Assembly (NCBI GenBank): GCA_965603825.1
Contig: CBFDEM010000016.1
Coordinates: 248,001 to 312,000, forward strand
Length of the DNA stretch: 64,000 nt
From: Blepharisma stoltei ATCC 30299
Lineage: Eukaryota; Protista; Ciliophora
Reading direction: 5' to 3'
The position numbers were made by a program, and so were the translations under genes. The notes under the pieces were generated by a model. It was not told where the DNA came from and searched no databases. It worked only from the letters and a program-made list of their open reading frames with translations. The first letter of the stretch is position 1, and each line of letters begins with the position of its first letter. Of this stretch, positions 50,257-62,598 are shown in pieces.

Positions 50257-51402
50257 TTAATATATAATACACCCTTGTTCTAATTGAGCGATCGTGACAT
50301 GATTTGCTAATTCAGCTAAATATCTTGTTTTAAATATTTTTTCCCTATCTTTAAACTCAGGCCAACTATCAGTAACAATAGTTTTAGCTATGCTTTCTGC
50401 TGACTCTGAAGAGCTAATTTTTTCATCCTGGGGCAGAGGCTGTGGCTCTGTATGTTTTACCTTCTTATGCTTATGTCTTCTATTTCCAGATCTTGAACTC
50501 CCATGCGAAGAAGCAGTTGACTTTACCCAGTCAAATTTAAAATCATTTGAAAATTGCTCATTTGTATTAACAGTCTGGAATAGTCTCCTTAAATAATCGT
50601 AATCAGGTTTTTCCTCAAAATGTAACGATCGGCAATAGCTCATATAATTTATAAATTCTTGAGGAAAACCCCGACAGAGCTGATCAACTGGTGTCCCAAT
50701 TTTTTTTTCCATAATTTTTTGGTATTTTTCTTGCTTTGTTCCTGTGCGGACTCCTTGCCATGGGAGATTTCCTCTATAAAAATAAACAATAGAGTATCCG
50801 ATACTTTCCAAGTCATCTCTACGAGATTGCTCTATACCCATATGAGTATTTATCGACGCATACCTTGCTGTGCCTGTTAAGCTTTTGTTTTCACGATATG
50901 GAATGTGTTGTTTAGTGCGAGGATCTCTATATTTTTTGCTGAGCCCAAAATCAATTATATGAACAATTCCAGATTTTGAGCCTAAGCCCATAATAAAGTT
51001 ATCAGGCTTTATATCTCGATGAATAATATTGTTATTGTGGACAAATTCGATTCTATGCAGCATCTGATCAGCTAGCTTTATTGTGGTTCTTAATGTAAAT
51101 TTTCGATGACAAAAGTTGTATTGGTCCTCTAAAGAAGATCCCAATAATTCCATAACCATGTAATTCCCGTTATCTGAGCCACCATATCAAAAAATCTTTG
51201 GAATTCCAGTGCCTTTTTCTAGAGATCTCATAATTTTTGCCTCTGAAATAAGTTGAGGGGTTTTACAACTTGTCGGCTCAAACTTGATTGCAATTTTTTC
51301 ATTTGTGTTGATATTTATTCCACTAAAAATTTCACCAAAGGAGCCGCCTCCAATTTTAGAGCCGATGATGAATTTTCCTCCGATACGGTTTTCTGTTTCC
51401 AT
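50257..51402 (-). CDS. casein kinase 1 family kinase
   Basis: GGGSFG, PKIF[TGA][36 protein letters not shown]. Confidence 0.96.
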
Positions 51403-51500
51403 TGGGGATTAAAATCTTTATAAATGATTCTTAATTGAAAACGTAAAATATCGAATAAGAAAAATTCTTTTTTTAATTATAAAAAACTTAAATTATCATT

Positions 51501-52385
51501 TTAAACCTTCAAATCCCTGATAATATTCACTTTAAAAATATCACTTGGATTAATAAGCTCAATTTTCTGTACATAAATTTTCCTGATCCATGAAGGCTGA
51601 TTAAAATCCAAATATAATTCAGGACTTTTCTTCTCAGCCTCTTCAATTCTTGGCTCATCCAGTATTTTTTCACAATTTGGGAACCAAGGTTCTAATTTTA
51701 GTTCTAAAATCATTTCATTATTAATATATTGCTTTACCTTCTCCCATTTTTCATAGCAAATTTCATTATGTTTTTGGCTTTTACAGCAGTTAAAATTAAA
51801 TTTGCGACACAAAACATTAGGCTCAAAATCACTGAACAAATACTCGACGTAGTAATAGAAAGACTCCCTTACTTCTAATCTTTGGAAATATTCTGTGCAG
51901 AAGCAAGCATTAAAGCTCTTTGTTAAACTTGGAGTTTTTAATTTATTTTTTTTCTTGCTTGCTATTATTGTATTTTCTGTTCTTGAGAGATCTTTTAATA
52001 TAAATGAATAATTTTTGTAAATTTCGGAAAGCTTGTTTCATAGAGCTATTGATTGAGGGTTGTGATAATTATAGCTATTGAAGGATTTTATTGGGATAAT
52101 ATTTTTTTCTATTTGTCGATTTGCTTTCTTGTGACCGCGAATTAGTTTGCAACGTAAATACTCTTTTTTAGGCTGGCCTGTTGATGAAGCCCGAAAAGTA
52201 TAAAAGTGGGAAAGAATTTCGGTGTCGGAATTTATTTTCCTTCCTATATGTTTTTTCTTTGTTGTGGAAGGAGAGCTGCTTGAGGATGGAAATGAGCATA
52301 AATCAAGCGAGAATGATTCAGGAGAGTTTGAATGAGGAGAAGAATCGCTTGAATCTTGAGGAATTAAAAAGTTAGAAATTTTCAT
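51501..52385 (-). CDS. hypothetical protein (basic, Cys-containing; possibly DNA-binding)
   Basis: Two ORFs joined in frame via TGA 52038; PKKEYLRCKLIRGHKKANR. Confidence 0.75.
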
Positions 52386-52883
52386 TTGCCTTTTTTTATT
52401 AGATTATTGTTCAGAAATGAAGCTTTTTAAAGTAGGAAATTAAAGAATTAGCATTTTTTGGGTATTTTATTCAAATATGCTTCTATAATGTCTTTTTCTT
52501 TATATGGTTTAAAATAATTATGCTTTATTTCTTAGCTACACTTTTTGCTTGAGCTTTTCTATTAAATTTTGGGAAGTTTTATTTATAAAATAACTAATTA
52601 TTTTTTTAGCTTATATTATTTTAGGTAAATAGCATCTATTTTCTTATCGTCTTTGCTTTAAAAATCGTGATTAACTTTTTACTCTTCGATAGTGATTTAA
52701 ATAAATTTTATAATAGTTAAATTATTAAGCTGATAAATATCTAAAATCTCATATTATCAGGACTGGCTATGAATTTATATATTAATTAATTTCTCCTTCA
52801 AATAGAAATATAAATTCTATAGCAAGCACTATAGCAATACTCATTTTTTACCGATATATTAATCTAAAACTATCACAAAAATT

Positions 52884-53858
52884 ATGGCAGCCTCACATTG
52901 ACTTGTCCAGCTTGCCCAAGCTTTTTTTACAATATCATATATCCAATGGAACCAATTATATCTCAGAATCTGCATTGTAGCTGCTCAAACCTGCATATTT
53001 TTATTTGGTCTTATTGTTTTACCATATTCAGTTGACACAATGGTATGGTCTGGCTCCCAAATACTCATCACCCTTATACATATCTTCCTAATTTTTTTCA
53101 AAATGCATAAAGTTCGTTTTGAGCAACATTACGACCAGCTTTACACGAACGTATTTAAAGACGTTATGAATAGATGGGAATTTAAATTATTAAAAGATAA
53201 TTGCATTACCAGAGAACGGGCAAGGGTGGACGGGACACAGATAATTAAAGCTGGGAATCCTTTTGATGATTTAATTATAGTCGCTGATTTAGAAGCATCA
53301 AATTCTCATTTGGAATTATTAAGAGTTACCAATTCAGAAGGGGAAGAAGAAGTTTTAGTCGAAAGAATGGGCAATTGGAGCTGGGTAGGTGTAGTGGAGT
53401 ATGTAACAATGTATGAAAGTGGGTTAAAGAGAAAAGTCACATTCAGAGAAGATGGAAATGGATTAGATTATGGAGTTACTTTAAATACTAAAAAAGCTGG
53501 AAGAGGAGCAGTTTATTATAGAGTCAATGTGAAGGTATATTTTATATAGAATTTGCTAAAACTATATCAAAACAAAACTCATGGACTTTCTATTAAAAAT
53601 GCAATTTTAGCAAGAATGCTTGGTGCTGTCAGCCATACGGTGGTTCAAACTCAATTTTCCTATGCTAAGCTTATGAAAAAAATTGTAAGAGGAGCTAGAC
53701 ATCATACAAAACGAGAAAATTCTACCGAAAATGCCATCCAGCTTGAAATAATTGAAACAAATCGTCCATTGAACTCCCAAGGAAGTGAATCTTCCTCTAG
53801 TGATCATGTGAGTGACCCTGCTATTAGTTCAGAAGAATCCATCGATAATTTAAGATAA
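52884..53858 (+). CDS. Popeye-domain (POPDC/BVES-like) 3-TM cyclic-nucleotide-binding-fold protein
   Basis: LVQLAQAFFTISY...LYLR...VDTMVW, LYTNVFKDVM..WEFKLL; one 15-nt intron. Confidence 0.75.
53535..53549 (+). other. 15-nt spliceosomal intron
   Basis: GTATATTTTATATAG ends in the in-frame TAG separating ORFs 53040 and 53553. Confidence 0.85.
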
Positions 53859-53861
53859 TAA

Positions 53862-56800
53862 CTACGCAAAGAAATATTTACTAGTTAAAACATTTCTCAA
53901 GTCAAAGTTTCCTTTACTTGGCACATCTTCAAAATTCACGCCTGGAAATCTCACTTTGAACCCTTTTAGCAAATTTTCCAATAAAGGCTCACTATGCAAT
54001 TGCACGAATTCTTCTCTTAGCATCCTATTCATTTCATCTAAATCGCAAGCATGTGTCCAATAGGAGTCATGGACAGCTGCAAAGGCAATTCCTTGTTTGT
54101 GGCATCTTAAAGCAGTTCTCATTAAATGTGTACTATCCAATGAATGAACATAGTTTGGAGGAAATGCACTTTTTTGCTTAGGGATATTGACAGGTAAATT
54201 ATCATGATGCCTAATAAGATTCACTTTTTGAAATGCAGTGCTAATTGATAAGTCGAACCTTTCTTGACGATATGGCTGAACTACTGGAAAACCCATCGGT
54301 GTTATCCATGTAACTGGGTAGCCTTGCTTTGCGATTATTCCTGCACAATCGATAAGCCAATCCTTAATCTTTTGAGCATTTTGGAAAAAACCAGTAATTG
54401 AAGAAAGTGTTAATTTGGCTAAATAAATAGCGCAATCCCATTGCTTGTCTTCTTCTACAACTTCTCTTTCTTTCAGCTGCTTTAAAATTTGGTCTCTAGC
54501 CCCTATAAAGGTGACGCCATATACAGAAGTCATAACCGTCTGCTTTACGATTTTTCGCTTTACCTTATCAACAAGGAGTTTTGCAAGCTCATGGCCATCA
54601 GCAGCATCTTTGTTAACCTTTTCTTGGACTTTTATAGAAACTGCAGTGTATAAGTCTCCTGGGACATCTTTATCAACTAAATTGACTTGTTCAGCACCTT
54701 CTATGTCTCTTCCCATTGCTGCATAATGCTGAAGACCGTTACAGCTACCATCTTGATGTATATGGAGGTATGAGATATGTTGACTGGGATCTTTTTTTTG
54801 TAGTGCGTCTGTTAAGTCAAATATTGCGGCTAAAGACTGCCATGGGTCTTCATAAGTAAGTCATTCTGAATACTGTACTGGATCTTTTGCTATTTTGAAA
54901 AAATCGTCTAGCTTTTGCTCAGCAATATCAACCCTTTTATCGAGCTGCAATTTATCAAACCCCATTTTATTGGCTACATGGATTTTCAGCCACCATAAGC
55001 CTTTATTGCCTATTGGTTTTCCGTCTGCAAATTCTAGCAGCCCTCTTGACAAATCATTCCCTAACTGATTCAAATGAGGAGAAATCGGATAAATTCTTCC
55101 TCTGAAATCAAGGTTTAGCGGCATAAAAAATCTTGAAACTTGTTTGAATTTTCTTGCAATCCCTAATTTGATTTCAAAATCACTTAAAAGTGAAAAATTG
55201 TCCCTTCTAGCTTTTTCGATTTTTCCTTTTTCTTTTGGTGTGATTCCAGCTTCAATTCTGAATTTTTCATCAATATTAGTAAATGGGATCTCGCCAACCC
55301 CGCCACCGTTACTATGAAGAGCTTCTATAACGTCAAGGATCCTTGAATTGATTTTTCATGGACATTTTCCCATTAGGTTTAATACTTCAAAGACCTTAGA
55401 CAGATTTCCTCTTTCCATTGCATTTTTTTGTAAATCAGAGCCAGTTGAGCGTACAATAGAGAATCCTTTATGATAATAACCACCTTTATTAGCTGAGGTC
55501 CAATCTAAGGGTTTGCATATCATTGGAAGTGTTTTTTCAAGATAAACAACAGCTTCCGAGTCTCTGCTATCCCCAAGTCTGGATAACAAAGCTTCAATAA
55601 ATTCATGTTTAAATACTAAATATCCGCAATTCCTTATTTCATTTCCAACTTTTATCTGCGAAACTTTATGCTCCACAGCACTGGTATCATTCCCATAATC
55701 CCCTTTAATCTTTGAGCTTCTTATAAACATTTCTAAAATCAAATTGCAAAACGCAATTATAGCTTCTTGCTCTCCCTGATACTTTTCCCTAGCTTTTTTA
55801 ATTTCTTTCGAGCATCTTTTTATCAATTCCAAAGAATCTCTTATAGCTGGGCGTCTTTTTTTTACCTCACTCTCATTAAAAGCTTGAAAAATTTTTTGTT
55901 TTTCTTCTTCAACTAAATGATTTTGCATGTCCTTTTGAAATTGCGAAAGCATTGCAATGTATTTGACTTCCACATCTCCAAAAAACTCATCAGTTTTTGG
56001 TGCCAGCATCCTTGTAATAGAATTATAAGTGACCACGGCAATTTTTTCTGGCTCAATTTCAGTCATTAATTCTGAATATTTTTCTTTTGATCCCTTTTTA
56101 AGAGAATCTGCTTGTTTTGTGCGAATTGCTTCACAAAATTTCGAAAATAAAGTGATGATTTTTTCTTTATATGTAATGGTATTTAGTCCTAAAGCTTTAA
56201 GATTAAATAAATCGAGGTCACTGTCAGAATTTTGGAGCTTAATGATGGAGACATCTTTTTCTAAAATTAGCTGCCTTTGGTAGAGCGCTTTTTGATTTTC
56301 GTGCTGGATTTCTTTGATACCGTTTATTGGCAAAGAGAATTGCTGCTTACTCATAAATTTGCGGATTTCGTCGTAGACTTCGACTGAATTGCTGTTTTTG
56401 CCGTTCCTAAATTTGTTGAGATTGGCTATTAAGATATCGTAAAGTTCAATGCTTATATCTCCAGTCAAAAATCCGACTCCTGATTTATCACAAAATTCAT
56501 AAAATATTTTCAAGGCATCTGATATACCTGCTGGTGTTAAGTCCATTGATTTAGCTTCATTCAAGAGCTTATCTTTCTTATTGAGATCAAATCTATTTAA
56601 AAATATTTGTTTCTCATACAAATAATTGGGCTTGAATTCAGGCAATTTTGCTAAAATATCTTTTTGGTTGAATAGCTCTGCTATTTTTATAGGTATTTTC
56701 TCTCGATTTTCTATTGGAATTAAATGCTCTCGAAAATGATCTAATGAAGAGATCAAGTCTTTTTTTTTTAGCCTTGACAAGTAAATTATCGAAACAACAG

Positions 56801-56906
56801 CAGATTCTGTTAAAGTGCTTCCAAGCCCTACATAAAATTTACATCTAAAACTTTTGTTGTCCGTAGTAAATTCTCTTCATAGATAATGGCATTTAAGCCG
56901 CAACAT
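53862..56906 (-). CDS. POLRMT: nuclear-encoded T7-like mitochondrial RNA polymerase
   Basis: LDFRGRIYP, HQDGSCNGLQHYAA, RKIVKQTVMTSVYG, PPNYVHSLD, AAVHDSYW, C-terminal YFFA; basic N-terminal presequence. Confidence 0.96.
56828..56842 (-). other. candidate in-frame stopless 15-nt intron
   Basis: GTAAATTTTATGTAG, 13/15 identical to the candidate at 42600. Confidence 0.55.
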
Positions 56907-56934
56907 TTTATTAATAAATTTATATTTTAACTTC

Positions 56935-58110
56935 TTATTTCTTTCCTGAAGGGGCTACGTTAAATCTGAAATAAATAATTTCTCCGTCTTCTACCTCATA
57001 ATCTTTGCCGCATTGCCTTAGTTTTCCTTCTGCTTTAACGTTGTTTTCATTTCCTAACTCAACTAGATCTTCATATTTCATGATTTCTGCACAAATGAAG
57101 CCTCGCTCGAAATCTGTATGAATGACCCCAGCTGCCTGTGGAGCTTTAGTGCCTTTTCTGATAGTCCAGCATTTTACTTCATCCTCTCCACATGTGAAAT
57201 AGTGAATTAGCTGCAATGCTTTATATCCTGTTCTCAAAATTCTAGGAATCATTGAAATTGTGTTATGCTCGTGTAAATAATTGGATTTTTGAATCGGATC
57301 CATTCCATGGATGGCTTGTTCAAATTCTATTGAGTAAGGGATGATATCACCACCTCCATGCTCTTGAACCCATCTATTAATATCTGCAAGCCATTTATTT
57401 TTCTTTCTTAAATAGTCATTTGTGCTGAGATTCACTAAATAAACCATAGGCTTTGCAGTTAAAAATAGGCAACTGTTGAGCATTTCGATTTCTTTGCTGT
57501 GCCAATCTCCATCCTTAAGCATTTTACGACTTTCGAGTGTTTCGTGAATTTTTATCATTATTTCTAATTCTTCAGTTAATTCTTTTGTTCTTGCTCTTTT
57601 TATTTGTTTTTCTATTTCTTCTATTCTTTGATTACATCTTTCAAGATCTTTCAGACACAATTCATTTCGAATAATTTCTAAATCTCTAATAGGATCAACT
57701 TCGCCTTCAGTATGAATGACATCAGTAAGTGTAAACGCTCGGACAACGTGGAAAATCCCATCAACAGCATTTATATGAGACAAAAAAGCATTGCCAAGAC
57801 CTGCACCCTCTGATGCGCCTGGGACAAGTCCAGCAATATCGGTAATTGAGAGAATTGCTGGGACCCGAGATTTTGGCTGGTACATTTCACAGAGATGATC
57901 CCATCTTTGGTCTGGAATTGGTACGCGGGCTTCTGAAGGATCTATAGTGCAGAATGGGTAATTTTCAGCGGGAACTGATAAATTTGAAAGAAGATTAAAT
58001 GTTGAAGATTTGCCTACGTTTGGAAGACCTACTATACCTATTTTTAAAGTATTGCCAGGACGTCCGAGGAGGGGCTTCTTTTCTTCAGTAGGCTTCTTCT
58101 TTGCGGGCAT
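56935..58110 (-). CDS. OLA1: Obg-like ATPase 1 (YchF)
   Basis: GIVGLPNVGKSS, ENYPFCTIDP, DIAGLV, APQAAGVIHTDFERGFI. Confidence 0.98.
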   Translation of the reverse strand: MPAKKKPTEEKKPLLGRPGNTLKIGIVGLPNVGKSSTFNLLSNLSVPAENYPFCTIDPSEARVPIPDQRWDHLCEMYQPKSRVPAILSITDIAGLVPGASEGAGLGNAFLSHINAVDGIFHVVRAFTLTDVIHTEGEVDPIRDLEIIRNELCLKDLERCNQRIEEIEKQIKRARTKELTEELEIMIKIHETLESRKMLKDGDWHSKEIEMLNSCLFLTAKPMVYLVNLSTNDYLRKKNKWLADINRWVQEHGGGDIIPYSIEFEQAIHGMDPIQKSNYLHEHNTISMIPRILRTGYKALQLIHYFTCGEDEVKCWTIRKGTKAPQAAGVIHTDFERGFICAEIMKYEDLVELGNENNVKAEGKLRQCGKDYEVEDGEIIYFRFNVAPSGKK

Positions 58111-58394
58111 TATTTAATCTATTTTATATTAAATAAACAGATAAGAATAGAATGAAGTTTTGTTTTTTATCCAGGCCACTAAAATGCCACTGCAAATCAT
58201 ATAAAATATCTAATAGTTATGCTAAGCCATTGCTATGCCGTAAAATATAAAAGCGTTTTAAATAATGCTATTGGCATCATATCTATTATTTCCCCTTCAA
58301 GCTCAAAGAGAAATTATTCTTTTTTCTTGATTAAGCTCGCTTTTTGATTCACTTTCCTCGCCGCTCTTATCTATAAAATTTCATATAAATTTAA

Positions 58395-59393
58395 ATGGAA
58401 AACTACGAGGTAATTGGTGATATTGGTACAGGCTCTTTTGGCTCAGTTACTAAAATTCGTAGAAAAACCGATGGCAAAATTCTTGTATGAAAAGAGATTG
58501 ACTATGGCGAGATGAATGATAAAGAAAAACAACAAGTAGTCACTGAAGTTAACATTTTAAGGGAACTCCATCACCCTAGCATTGTTCGCTATTACGATCG
58601 TATTATTGACAAAAGAGCTGCTAAAATATTCATTGTCATGGAATTTTGTGAGAACGGAGACATGTCCCACGTTATTCGCCGATGTAAACGAGAAAATGAC
58701 CCAATGCCTGAAGACCTCATATGAAAAATTTTCATGCAAATTGTTTTGGCCCTCTATGAGTGTCATAAGAGAAAAGAAGGAAAAATTTTACATAGAGATT
58801 TAAAACCCGCCAATATATTCCTAGATGCAAATATGAATGTGAAACTAGGAGATTTTGGATTATCAAGGGTTATGGGATCTGAAAGTGTATATGCCCACAC
58901 CCATGTAGGGACTCCTTACTATATGTCTCCAGAGCAAATCGTTGAAAGCCACTATAACGAAAAAAGTGATATTTGGAGCTTAGGCTGCTTATTATATGAA
59001 ATTGTTGCATTATCCCCGCCTTTTGAAGCTACTAATAAGCCGCAATTAGAAACAAAAATTCGCCAAGGAAGCTTTCAAAGAATCCCTAGAACGTATTCAG
59101 ACGAATTGCAAAGAGTAATCAGCTGGATGCTTTGTAGTGAGCCTAGCCAAAGACCAGATGTTGAGGAATTATTAAACCTTCCTCAAGTTTCGCTAAGATT
59201 AAGAGAAAAAAGGCTAAGAGAAATACAAGCTTCAATCAGAAAAAAAGAAGAAGAGTTAAAGAAAAAGGAAGAAGAAATCAAAAAAATTGAAGATGAAAAT
59301 GCTGCAAAAGAAACAGAACTCAATGATAGAGAAGCAAAAATTGCAGAATTCGAAAACAATGAAAGGATGAAAACCCACCAAATTCAGATATAA
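58395..59393 (+). CDS. NIMA-related kinase (NEK2-like)
   Basis: IGTGSFG, LV[TGA]KEIDYG, LI[TGA]KIF, HRDLKPANIF, VGTPYYMSPE, coiled-coil tail. Confidence 0.95.
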
Positions 59394-59435
59394 AGTTGAG
59401 ATAATTTAATAATTAGAATATTTATTATATATATA

Positions 59436-59762
59436 ATGTTGCTCGATAATGAAAATTTCTTGAAAAGATTAGAGCAGCTTTACCAGGAAAAAGGAGAAAA
59501 AGGAAGCGTATGAATCACATTTAAGCAGTATGATGAAATTTGAAGAAAAGGAATGCACAGGAAAGGCAAAGATAAAATTGCACGCAAAGAAGATCGGCAA
59601 CGAAAAAACCAAGAAGGCGTCCCACTCATGCTCCTAGTTAGAGCAAAAACAGATACTGAAAAAATCAGCACCAAAGTTCTACCAGAAGATGTAGCCTATT
59701 TTCAAAAAGTCCTCCACAATGCTATGCTAGTTAGTATGGTCGGTAAGAAAAGATTAAGATAA
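59436..59762 (+). CDS. SRP14: signal recognition particle 14 kDa subunit
   Basis: MLLDNENFLKRL...GSV[TGA]ITFK...LLVRAKTDTEKISTKV. Confidence 0.85.
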
Positions 59763-59775
59763 AATACTTAATAAA

Positions 59776-60345
59776 ATGCATCATCTAGACGAACTTAACC
59801 GAAACCGTGCCCTCAATCTTTATCTTCTAACCCCAGAAGACGTTGTACCGCCTATCCAACGAACATTTGTAGTTACAAAACATCAATATAAAAGTATCCT
59901 GGAAGACAATGCTTTCGCACCCTTATTACCGTCCTCTCAAAGAGTAAAAAATAATTCAAGTCCTGGGCAAGAAGAAGAAAAATCGAGAGAAGAGATGCTT
60001 TCGCAGAGAAGAAGAGAAAGACTAAGGTCAAAAAGCAACAAAAAAAGGATGATTTTTAAAGACGGATGCCCGACATGTGGACAAGAGCACATTCCTGTTG
60101 AATATTTCAACCATAGACATATATGCTCAAAATGCAGAGAGTATATAAAAACTCCCGATGGAAGTCCCGTAAAAATTGTGTTGGACAGAGGGGAAACAAT
60201 TTTAGCATTAGCCTTTGATGAGAGGAAAAAGTTGAAGCCAGTTGATCATCAAAATCTTATGATTTTTGATAGGCCTTGCTTTGCAAGCTTTGCAGGGCCT
60301 GGAGAATTAGTTGTGTTGCTGTATGATGAGGGATTAACTTATTAG
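59776..60345 (+). CDS. hypothetical zinc-ribbon protein
   Basis: 189-aa ORF with CPTC...CSKC. Confidence 0.7.
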   Translation: MHHLDELNRNRALNLYLLTPEDVVPPIQRTFVVTKHQYKSILEDNAFAPLLPSSQRVKNNSSPGQEEEKSREEMLSQRRRERLRSKSNKKRMIFKDGCPTCGQEHIPVEYFNHRHICSKCREYIKTPDGSPVKIVLDRGETILALAFDERKKLKPVDHQNLMIFDRPCFASFAGPGELVVLLYDEGLTY

Positions 60346-60858
60346 ATCTTGTAAATAAATCACTATTTTATCTGATTTTGAATTTAAATTTATATGGATA
60401 AGATTGCAATTCGCAAACTTAGACATAGACAGTTATTAATTTATATGAATTATAATTTTTAAAAATATAAAAAAACTCAAAATTATTATGAAAATAAGAA
60501 AATCCTTTGTGGGAAAACTAAGTTCCTATACAAATATCTTTAATAGTGTGAGTTGATATTTTCTTAATAACATTATTTTTACTTTATTAAAAATTATTCT
60601 CAATTATTCCTCGTTTGTCTGATATTTTAAATCAAATTCAGTAGGTTCTAAAATTTTATATACAAGTCAACCTCTATATCAAATTCATTGATATCCAAGA
60701 CACCCTAAAATTTTTGAGAAATAAATGATCTTTATTTAGTGCTAGATTATCTATCAGAATGTTTTGTCGAGCCAGTAAATTTTGATAGTCATTTTTCCAG
60801 TTAAATTTCGGTTTTAAAATTTTCTGATTATAATAAATATAGATAGAATAGCCAGCAA

Positions 60859-61821
60859 ATGAGAATTATGAAAGAAACCTGATTTTTGGCAGAAGATAGC
60901 AGACTAAGAGCTGAGACCTGTGATTATTGCAGTAGTGAACTCCAGATAGGCTACATAACCATTTGGACTATGAACTGCAGGAATTATCATTTATGGTGCT
61001 TTAAGCCAGAACAACAGCAATATATCTATGAAAGTGATCTTACAATCAGGCTAACTCCTCAGAACCAATACATTTTATCTTGCTGATTGGAAACATGGAA
61101 TGAAAAATTCTTACCAAAATACAAACCATTCGATAAACCGCCAAAAATAGTAAAAACTTTGAATTCACAGCTCCCCAATTTAAAGCGAGCTTGAACAGAA
61201 ATTTTAAAATTCATTGATCCATTCGAAACTCTAAATATCATTGCTCTAGTGTCAAAGTCCTTTTATGAGCTTGCATGAAATGATGAATTATGATGTTTTT
61301 ATTGCTCCCAAGACTATGGAATTCACTCTTCTACAACTTCATGGAAAAATTGCTATGCTCTGCTTTCATTAGAAACTTGTGTGGGGTGTAGAAAATATTT
61401 TAGCAATGAGTCGTTTTATCGATGTCCTTTTTTGAAAAAACCTATTTGTAGTGACTGCCGTAATAATAAACCTAAGTACAAACTTTATAGTAAAAAAGAA
61501 ATTTTTCAAAAATATGGGATAAACCCAATTTTTCTAAATTTGAATTTTGCAAGGGCTTATCCTAATCGAGTGGTCACTTATCAATTTATGGCTGAAAAAG
61601 CGATTTGACAATATCGACGAGAAAATAAAAGAAAATTATTGGAAATTTTACAAAGAAATTTTAAACTTGAAACTTATGAATACGTTGAAAATTTAGACAT
61701 TTTCAATATGGAAATAGAAGTCGAAAACATAGATAAGGTAAAGAAAAAGGCGTTTAATTATGTCCGCTCTAGAGCTGGAAAAGATAAAATGCTGAAAGTG
61801 ATAATTAAATATGCAAAGTAA
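60859..61821 (+). CDS. PARP-type Zn-finger-like / F-box / C4 Zn-finger protein
   Basis: Continuous frame with TGA=Trp; CDYC...YHLWCF; LP...[W]TEILKFI...ALVSKSFYELA[W]NDEL[W]; CVGC...CSDC. Confidence 0.78.
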
Positions 61822-62598
61822 TTAAAATGTTTTAATTGGATTTTAAATTAAATAACATTTTTAAAATAGGCAAGGGAAGATGAGATTTAAAAAGAGTATC
61901 TGGTTGAGAAATATGTAAATATAATAAAAGATTATTTAAAATAAAATTCAAAGGTAAATAAAGCAATTTAAAGCTATTAGCATAATTGAGAAAAATAAAT
62001 TGCTCATAGGCATTGAGGCTCTTTTTCAAGCTATATCAGCACAATGTTTCCTTTATATTTTATTACATTAATAATTTAATAAGAAGAGAAGCATTGAGAC
62101 CAGATTTAACCGTAAAAATATTTTGAATTTCTTATTTGAGCTTTTGAGCAATTTTCTCTTTTACTCATCTTAAGCTTTACAACTTCAGAAGTGGCCTAAT
62201 CATGCCAAAATCTTAGAGCAAGCTCTAATACCTGAAGATGCCACGCTTTTCAAATTTTCTTATAATTATATTTTTTTTCAGAGCTTCACTTATACCTCAC
62301 TTTATTTTGATTAATTATTCTCTTAATTATTCTCTTGCCAAGTTTACTTCTTATTTAATAAAATTTATGATTTTTTATTTACCCATATTTATCCCTAAAG
62401 ATAACTTCTAGAACCATTGCTTTAAAAATTTGCAAAATTATTTGCTTTCGCTTCTTATTATTATCCTGTAAAATTTGAGTACCAATTAAATTATTTTCAA
62501 TTTCCGCATGTTCTTACGAACCCAAAAATTTTTTATAACCTATAAAAACCCTTTCACTTGGCATTATAAATAGCATCCATTAAATCTAATAATAAATA

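Noticed and set aside
53862-56906. T7-like RNA polymerase as evidence of a phage, virus or plasmid insertion
   Set aside because: Motifs, N-terminal extension and host code usage fit the ordinary nuclear-encoded mitochondrial RNAP; no viral neighbours
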